Assembly: GCA_022824225.1 (NCBI GenBank)
Contig: JAJEAH010000048.1
Span: forward strand, 2,764-66,763
Reading direction: 5' to 3'
Length of the DNA: 64,000 bases
Origin: Chloroflexota bacterium
GTDB taxonomy: Bacteria; Chloroflexota; UBA11872; VXOZ01
Shown: piece after piece, positions 58,417-64,000 of the stretch
Layout of the letters: each line of letters begins with the position of its first letter
How positions within the stretch are numbered: position 1 is the stretch's first letter
The notes under the pieces: generated by a model
Told to the model about the DNA's origin: nothing
The model's database searches: none
Seen by the model: the letters and a program-made list of their open reading frames with translations, nothing else
Made by a program: the position numbers and the translations under genes

Positions 58417-59216
58417 TGCACCATGCTCCAGACATGCTCGATCAGGTACGTAAGATCATCGCCGCGAAAGCGCACGGTGCGCCCGTCCAGCCGCTCCTGC
58501 GACGCGGAATCGAAGACGCTGCGGTCCCACACGTGGGTATCCGTCACGGTAACGTCGATTTCGTGGGGCGGTCGCACGGGCCAGGGCACGGGCAGCGGGG
58601 AGCTTGACAACGCGTCTCGCACCCCGGCGCTCACGTCCTCACGCACCGTGGCGGGAATGCGCAGCTTGGCGGCCTGAAAGCCGAATCCCCACTTGGCTAT
58701 GCACGTGCGCACGTCTGGCAGCAGCGCTTCCGCTTCGGCGCAGGCGTGGTTGTCACCGCTCACGAACGCCACAGGCACGTTGTGCGCGCCGCAGAGGGCG
58801 GCGTGGATGCCGATAGTGCCCAGGTCGCGGCCGTCCACGCGGATACGCTGCACACCCGGCGCGAGCGTTTGGCACAGCACCCCGCCCCACGTCCCGGCCC
58901 GGGCGGGATGGCCCAGGAGGATTGCCGCGTCGGCGCCGGCCAGTTCGGCAAAGCGCGCCTGCTGCTGTTCACCAAACACGTAGATTGCGCCGGGGTGCAG
59001 CCGGTCTTCGTGAAACGGCGTCAGGCCGGTAGCGTCGTGCACGACGACTTCCCGTGCGCCGGCCTGTTGCGCGCCGGTTACGGCGGCCTCGATCTCGCGC
59101 GCCATGAGCGTGCGCGCCTCCTCGAACAGAAAGGGCGCTTCGCCCTGGGGGTCAACCTGGTTGCGGTGCACCACCCCGGCAGTACCGGCCAAGAGGCCAA
59201 TGATGACGACTTTCAT
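58413..59216 (-). CDS. M55 (DppA D-aminopeptidase)-fold protein with degenerate metal site
   Basis: MKV.I....G..GV, AAV.GA..AGA.EVVV.D, VPV.FVSGD...C.EA and R.DGRTV motifs; start ATG 59216. Confidence 0.8.
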   Translation of the reverse strand: MKVVIIGLLAGTAGVVHRNQVDPQGEAPFLFEEARTLMAREIEAAVTGAQQAGAREVVVHDATGLTPFHEDRLHPGAIYVFGEQQQARFAELAGADAAILLGHPARAGTWGGVLCQTLAPGVQRIRVDGRDLGTIGIHAALCGAHNVPVAFVSGDNHACAEAEALLPDVRTCIAKWGFGFQAAKLRIPATVREDVSAGVRDALSSSPLPVPWPVRPPHEIDVTVTDTHVWDRSVFDSASQERLDGRTVRFRGDDLTYLIEHVWSMVQ

Positions 59217-59400
59217 CGCGACGATCCCTGGTGGCTGCCGAGCGCCGGCCCAATTCGGCCCAAGGGCGCGGGTGCAGTCGCAATGGTACGCACAGGCGCA
59301 AGAGCGCAAGCGGAATAGAGAGCGCAGCCGCCGCAGTTGCGCTGGCGGCAAACACTGGGGAGCAGGTGGACCGGACTACGCATGCGATCAGCCTGCGCCG

Positions 59401-60570
59401 CTACATCGTCGGCCCGATGCGGTGCGGGGCGAACTCGCGGTGGCCCAGAATCTCGGTGGCCGTTAGCAGGCCGTTTACCGTAGCCAGGGAGAGATCGAAG
59501 AGCTCCTCGCCCAGGTCGCGGATACTGGCGGCGCCTTCCAGCACCGGCACGCCGGAAAAGTCGATATTGTCCTGCATTTTTGCCACAGTTTGCGGATTGG
59601 CACAGACTTTGATGACAGGCGCCACCGGATTGCCCAGGGGCGAGCCGCGGCCGGTGGTGAAAATGCAGAGCTGCGCGCCGCCGGCCACCATGCCGGTCAC
59701 CGATTCCGAGTCGTAGCCCGGCGTATCCATCACCACCAGGCCCTTCTTGGTGGGGTATTCGGCATAGCCGACCACCTCTTCCAGCACGCTGGTGCCGCCC
59801 TTGTAGATGCAGCCCAGTGACTTCTCCTCGATGGTGGTCAGGCCGCCTTGGATATTCCCCGGCGCCGGATTCGCGCCTCGAATATCGACCCCCATGTTGA
59901 GGGCGTCCTCTTCGGCCTTGCGCACCACGCCGAGCAGTTGCTCGCCGATGGCCGGTTCGCGGGCGCGCTGGGCAAAGATGTGCTCGGCGCCGATGAATTC
60001 CGCCGCCTCGCTAATCATCACCGTGCCGCCGGCCTCCACGACCATGTCGGAGACCACGCCGACGATGGGATTGCTTGCCAGGCCGCTGGTAGTGTCGGAG
60101 CCGCCGCACTCCGTAGCGAGTACCAGTTCGGAGAGGGGAAACTCCTCGCGCTGCATGGTGGAAAGCTTGGCTTGCAGCTTCTGCGCCATTTGCGCGCCTT
60201 CCTGGATGGTCCGGATCGAGCCGCCGGCCTCTTGGATCACGATGAGTTCCACCGGCTTGCCCGTTTTGGCAATGCCCTCGGCGATGAGGGGCGCTTCGGC
60301 AGTCTCGCAGCCCAGGCCCACGACGATAGCCGCGCCCACGTTCGGATTGCTGCCGGTGCCGACCATGGTGCGCACGAAGAGGTCCGCATCCGGGCCGAGT
60401 TGGCCGCAGCCGTATTGGTGGATCGCGGTCACGGCACCGGGCACGAGTTCGGTTATGCGTTGGCCTACGGTAGACGAACAGATTACCGAAGGCAGGATTG
60501 CCAGGTGGTTTCGCACTCCCACGCGGCAATCGGGCCGGCGGTAGCCTTGAAATGTCTCTGCGCGTGCCAC
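59401..60570 (-). CDS. UxaA/GarD/SuyB-family dehydratase large subunit
   Basis: GYRR.D.RVGVRN, SV.CS, H..GC, GLGCE, ECGGSD..SG, NP.PGN..GGLTTIEEKSLG and FTTGRG motifs; strong GGAGGAGG SD; start could be 60579 or 60633. Confidence 0.92.
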   Translation of the reverse strand: MARAETFQGYRRPDCRVGVRNHLAILPSVICSSTVGQRITELVPGAVTAIHQYGCGQLGPDADLFVRTMVGTGSNPNVGAAIVVGLGCETAEAPLIAEGIAKTGKPVELIVIQEAGGSIRTIQEGAQMAQKLQAKLSTMQREEFPLSELVLATECGGSDTTSGLASNPIVGVVSDMVVEAGGTVMISEAAEFIGAEHIFAQRAREPAIGEQLLGVVRKAEEDALNMGVDIRGANPAPGNIQGGLTTIEEKSLGCIYKGGTSVLEEVVGYAEYPTKKGLVVMDTPGYDSESVTGMVAGGAQLCIFTTGRGSPLGNPVAPVIKVCANPQTVAKMQDNIDFSGVPVLEGAASIRDLGEELFDLSLATVNGLLTATEILGHREFAPHRIGPTM

Positions 60571-60880
60571 AGTATTCACCCCTCCTCCGGTCGCGTACGG
60601 TGACAAAATCGGCCTGCGCGGCGTTTGTTTCATTCGTATTGTACTCTTCTCGTCGATTCAGTGTTTCCGCCTGACGGCGCGCCGTCAGGCGGTGCCCGCA
60701 GCCGCGGTGCGCCGCGCCGGTACAGGGCATCGCCGCGCCGGACCGCGACGCAGGTGTGCCAGCGGCGGGAACGGCGCCGGGCGCGCCGGGTTGGCGGCGG
60801 TTGCGCGACGGTAGAGTCCTGCACGGCGGAGCGGCAATTAAGCAAAAAAGCCCTTGCTTCTTGCACGAAATGAGGGTAAG

Positions 60881-60923
60881 TTGACATTGATGAGCGTGTA
60901 GCGTACCGTGATTCACGGTGCGC
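60881..60923 (+). promoter_or_regulatory. Putative groEL promoter with an overlapping palindromic operator
   Basis: TTGACA (60881-60886), 17 bp, TACCGT (60904-60909); inverted repeat GCGTACCGTGA-T-TCACGGTGCGC (60901-60923). Confidence 0.55.
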
Positions 60924-61048
60924 TTGCACATTTTTGCTGAACATTGTGAAAGACATAATTGGCGACCCGGCACGCGTAGCGGCAAGGCAATGGCAGACGC
61001 CGCCGGGCGCTTCACACCTTAGTTGACGGTAAAGAGGAGCTGTTTTAG

Positions 61049-62671
61049 ATGCCCAAACACGTAATCTTCAGTGAAGATGCGCGGGAGGCCCTGATGTCGG
61101 GGATAGCCATGGTGGCGGCTACGGTGTCAGCCACTCTGGGTCCAAAGGGCCGCAACGTGGCGTTGAGTGAACGGGAGAAGTTGCCCATCGTCACCCACGA
61201 CGGCGTGACGGTCGCCAAAGAGATCGAGCTTGAGGACAACTTCGAGAACATGGGCGCTCAACTCATCATTCAAGCCGCGAGCAAGACCAACGATACCGCC
61301 GGCGACGGCACCACCACAGCCACCGTGCTGGCCGATACCCTCATCACCGAAGGCCACCGCCATATCGCGTCGGGGGCGAATCCCATGATCCTCAAGCGGG
61401 GCCTGGAAAAGGCGGCCCGGGTTGTGGTGGAAGAGCTGCGCAAGTCCGCCACGCCGGTGACGGGCAAAGACCAGGTCACCGAGGTCGCTACGATTTCGGC
61501 CGCCGATACCGAAATCGGCACGCTCATTGGCGAGGTCATGGACCGGGTGGGCAGAGACGGCTTGGTGACGGTGGAAGAAGGCCGCGGCTTCGGCTTCTCG
61601 GTGGAATACGTGGAAGGCATGGAATTCGACCAGGGCTTCCTCTCGCCGCTCTTCATCACGGATGCCCAGACCATGACGGCGGAGATCGAAGACCCCTACA
61701 TCTTCATCACCGACCAGAAGCTCGACTCGTTGGAAGAGGCGCTGCCGCTGCTGGAGCGCATGGTGGATGCCGGGGAGAAGAACCTCGTCATCATCGCCTT
61801 GGAAGTAGAAAAACATGCCCTGGCGATGCTCATCACCAATAAGCAGCGGGGCGTGCTGAACTGTGTGGCCGTCAAAGTGCCCGGCTATGGCGACCGCCGT
61901 AAAGAGACGCTGCGGGATATCGCGATCGTGACAGGCGGGCAGTTGATCTCGGAGGAAGCGGGCAAGCGGGTGGACGAGGTGCAGCTAGAGGACCTGGGCC
62001 GCGCCAGCCGCGTAGTGGTCGGCAAGGATTCTACCGCAATCATCGAAGGCCACGGGGACTCAGAAGCAATCGCGGCCCGCGCCAACCAGGTCAAGTCGCG
62101 GCTGCAAGACGGCGCGCCTGAGTTCGACCGCGAGAAACTGGAAGAGCGGGTGGCGAAACTCACCGGCGGCGTCGCCATCGTCCGCGTGGGGGCGGCCACC
62201 GAAATTGAAATGAAAGAGAGACGGGACCGCGTGGACGACGCCCTCTCGGCCACCCGGGCCGCCGTGGCAGAAGGCATTGTGCCCGGCGGCGGCGTGGCGC
62301 TCGTCAACGCAGCATCCGGACTCGACCGCCTGAAGCTGAAGGGCGATGAGGCGGTGGCCGTGCTGATGATGCGCGAGGCATTGCTGGCGCCGCTCCGGCG
62401 CATCGCGCTCAACGCCGGTCTGGACGCCAATGTCATCGTGCGCGAGGTGCAGCGCCTGGCCAAGAGCCGCCGCAACAAGAACATGGGCCACAACGTCCTG
62501 ACGGGCGAGTACGTGGACATGATCGACGCCGGCATCATCGACCCCCTCAAGGTCACGCGTTCCGCCGTTGAGAATGCCGCCTCGGTGGCGTGCATGGTGC
62601 TCACTACGGAGGCCCTGGTCGCCGACGAGCCCAAGGAGGACGTCGTCGTGGAGGGCACGCCCGAATTCTAA
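61049..62671 (+). CDS. groEL: Chaperonin GroEL (orphan paralog)
   Basis: TLGPKGRNV, DGVTVAKEI, AGDGTTTATVLA, EKLEERVAKLTGGVA, EGIVPGGG and GIIDPLKVTR motifs. Confidence 0.97.
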   Translation: MPKHVIFSEDAREALMSGIAMVAATVSATLGPKGRNVALSEREKLPIVTHDGVTVAKEIELEDNFENMGAQLIIQAASKTNDTAGDGTTTATVLADTLITEGHRHIASGANPMILKRGLEKAARVVVEELRKSATPVTGKDQVTEVATISAADTEIGTLIGEVMDRVGRDGLVTVEEGRGFGFSVEYVEGMEFDQGFLSPLFITDAQTMTAEIEDPYIFITDQKLDSLEEALPLLERMVDAGEKNLVIIALEVEKHALAMLITNKQRGVLNCVAVKVPGYGDRRKETLRDIAIVTGGQLISEEAGKRVDEVQLEDLGRASRVVVGKDSTAIIEGHGDSEAIAARANQVKSRLQDGAPEFDREKLEERVAKLTGGVAIVRVGAATEIEMKERRDRVDDALSATRAAVAEGIVPGGGVALVNAASGLDRLKLKGDEAVAVLMMREALLAPLRRIALNAGLDANVIVREVQRLAKSRRNKNMGHNVLTGEYVDMIDAGIIDPLKVTRSAVENAASVACMVLTTEALVADEPKEDVVVEGTPEF

Positions 62672-62700
62672 GCGAACGCAGGAAACGCCAGCACGAATCT

Positions 62701-62728
62701 AAAGGCCCCCGCAAAGGGGGCCTTTTCT
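62701..62728 (+). terminator. Intrinsic terminator after groEL
   Basis: AAAGGCCCCC-GCAAA-GGGGGCCTTT followed by TCT. Confidence 0.85.
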
Positions 62729-62888
62729 GCGGCGCTATGCCGCGCAGGCTCGCTACTGCCACCCGTAGCGGGCGGTAGCTGAACGAGCGAAATGCTCGAC
62801 GAATCACGAGGCGTGGAGCGCGCCCAGGACGGCGCAGGTGATACTATGAGCTTAAGGACCGTCTGTACCGCTACGAAGGAGTAGGCGC

Positions 62889-63506
62889 ATGAATAAGCGG
62901 GCATTGCTGATTGCGGTCGGCCTCTTCGTCGTCCTGGTTGGCGGCGGCGTGGCGTGGTGGCTCATTTCGCCGCTATTCCTTGATACCGTCGTTGAAGAGG
63001 AATTGCCGTTCGAGATTCCGACTGAGGAAGAGATGGCCGATATGTCGGAAGAGGAACTCGCGAAAGTGGCCGCGGACGTCATGGACGCCGCGGCGCAGAT
63101 GCCGGATACGGAGATGGACGAAGAGATGCCGGAGATGGCGAATGACGCGCAGCCGGTGGTGGTCGCCCAGGGCCAATTCAAGGATGCCGACGACTTTCAC
63201 AAAGGCGCCGGCACGGCGACGCTCTACCGCCTGCCCGACGGCACGCATCTCCTGCGGTTCGAGGACTTCACCGTCACCAACGGCCCGCAACTGCACGTGC
63301 TCCTGGCCAACCACGCGGATCCCGCCAACCGGAACGACCTGGAATCCGGCTACGTCGATTTGGGCGGGCTGAAAGGCAACGTGGGCAGCCAGAACTATGA
63401 GATTGGGGCCGACATCGCCATCGACTCTGTCCAGAGCATCGTCATCTACTGCAAGCCTTTCCACGTGGTCTTTTCCACCGCGCCGCTGAGCAACAGCGAA
63501 AGCTAG
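62889..63506 (+). CDS. DM13 domain protein with N-terminal membrane anchor
   Basis: SPLF.D..V.E, G.F...D.FH.G.G.A, NGP.LHV.L, LG.LKGN.G.QNY and IYCKPFHVVF motifs; AAGGAG SD. Confidence 0.92.
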   Translation: MNKRALLIAVGLFVVLVGGGVAWWLISPLFLDTVVEEELPFEIPTEEEMADMSEEELAKVAADVMDAAAQMPDTEMDEEMPEMANDAQPVVVAQGQFKDADDFHKGAGTATLYRLPDGTHLLRFEDFTVTNGPQLHVLLANHADPANRNDLESGYVDLGGLKGNVGSQNYEIGADIAIDSVQSIVIYCKPFHVVFSTAPLSNSES

Positions 63507-63955
63507 CCGGGCGCGGACACAACCGCTGCACAGAGCGCGGCGAGGAGTCGCAGGGCGGCGATACCCGGCTCCTCGCTGCCCTGCTCAATGCAGAGCGCAA
63601 GCCAACAATCGGTTGTGAGACTATTGGCGGCAAGCTGTTGCGCGAGAGCGACGGGCTTGGTCGGCGGACCTTGCGCGCACGGAAGAGTGCTACCCAGCCG
63701 AAGGCCCAACCCCCGCTGCATGCGGCGGCCCTTGCGCGCACGGAAAAGTGGGACTGCTAGCGAAACAGGGCTGGGGAAAGACTCTGGCGGTCTGTGCGCA
63801 GACAGAATCTGCGGTCCATACACAGACGTAATCAAACGCGGCGGGTGGAATGCAAGAGGCGCGGGGGCTGCATATTGCGGCGCGCTACACCGATGACTGG
63901 CTCACAGCGATGCGCCAGCGCCCTCTCACTCACGGCTTGGAATGAACGTGGACTG

Positions 63956-64000
63956 CGCCCAAGAGGCGCGCGCCCAAGAGGCGCGCGCACAAAAGGCGCG
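63956..64000. repeat. 15-bp tandem repeat (at least 3 copies; may continue beyond the window)
   Basis: CGCCCAAGAGGCGCG x2 followed by CGCACAAAAGGCGCG. Confidence 0.7.

Overview
High-GC bacterial chromosomal segment with a few AT-richer islets. Gene content (coaX-coaBC, purB/purC, divergent pyrE, futalosine-pathway mqnP, orphan groEL, GT2/GT4/GT-C glycosylation genes, paralogous class III aminotransferases, amidohydrolases, RraA/UxaA/ceramidase/PhyH/DUF3604 enzymes, ankyrin and Fic proteins) is compatible with a Chloroflexota-like, possibly host-associated organism (inference only). The left ~7 kb is a defence/TA islet: Fic, an orphan antitoxin, a Panacea antitoxin plus membrane protein, and a Type IIG-like RM enzyme carrying an in-frame block of palindromic repeats. 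Main highlights: (i) a cas-less, strongly drifted CRISPR-like array of 7 repeats at an exact 61-bp period (8348-8741), one spacer of which matches the repeat inside the RM gene at 32/33 nt; (ii) a convergent nuclease/HTH-methyltransferase pair whose MTase promoter carries two GACGTC palindromes between -35 and -10; (iii) a Thr1 proteasome-like Ntn protein on an AT-rich islet; (iv) three apparently catalytically dead enzyme homologs; (v) a stand-alone 4x Cache lipoprotein; (vi) at least six REP/REPIN-like repeat families, including a ~1.5 kb nested repeat macro-array. I recognised no tRNA, rRNA, cas, integrase or transposase genes. All product calls come from motif recognition by eye, not database searches.
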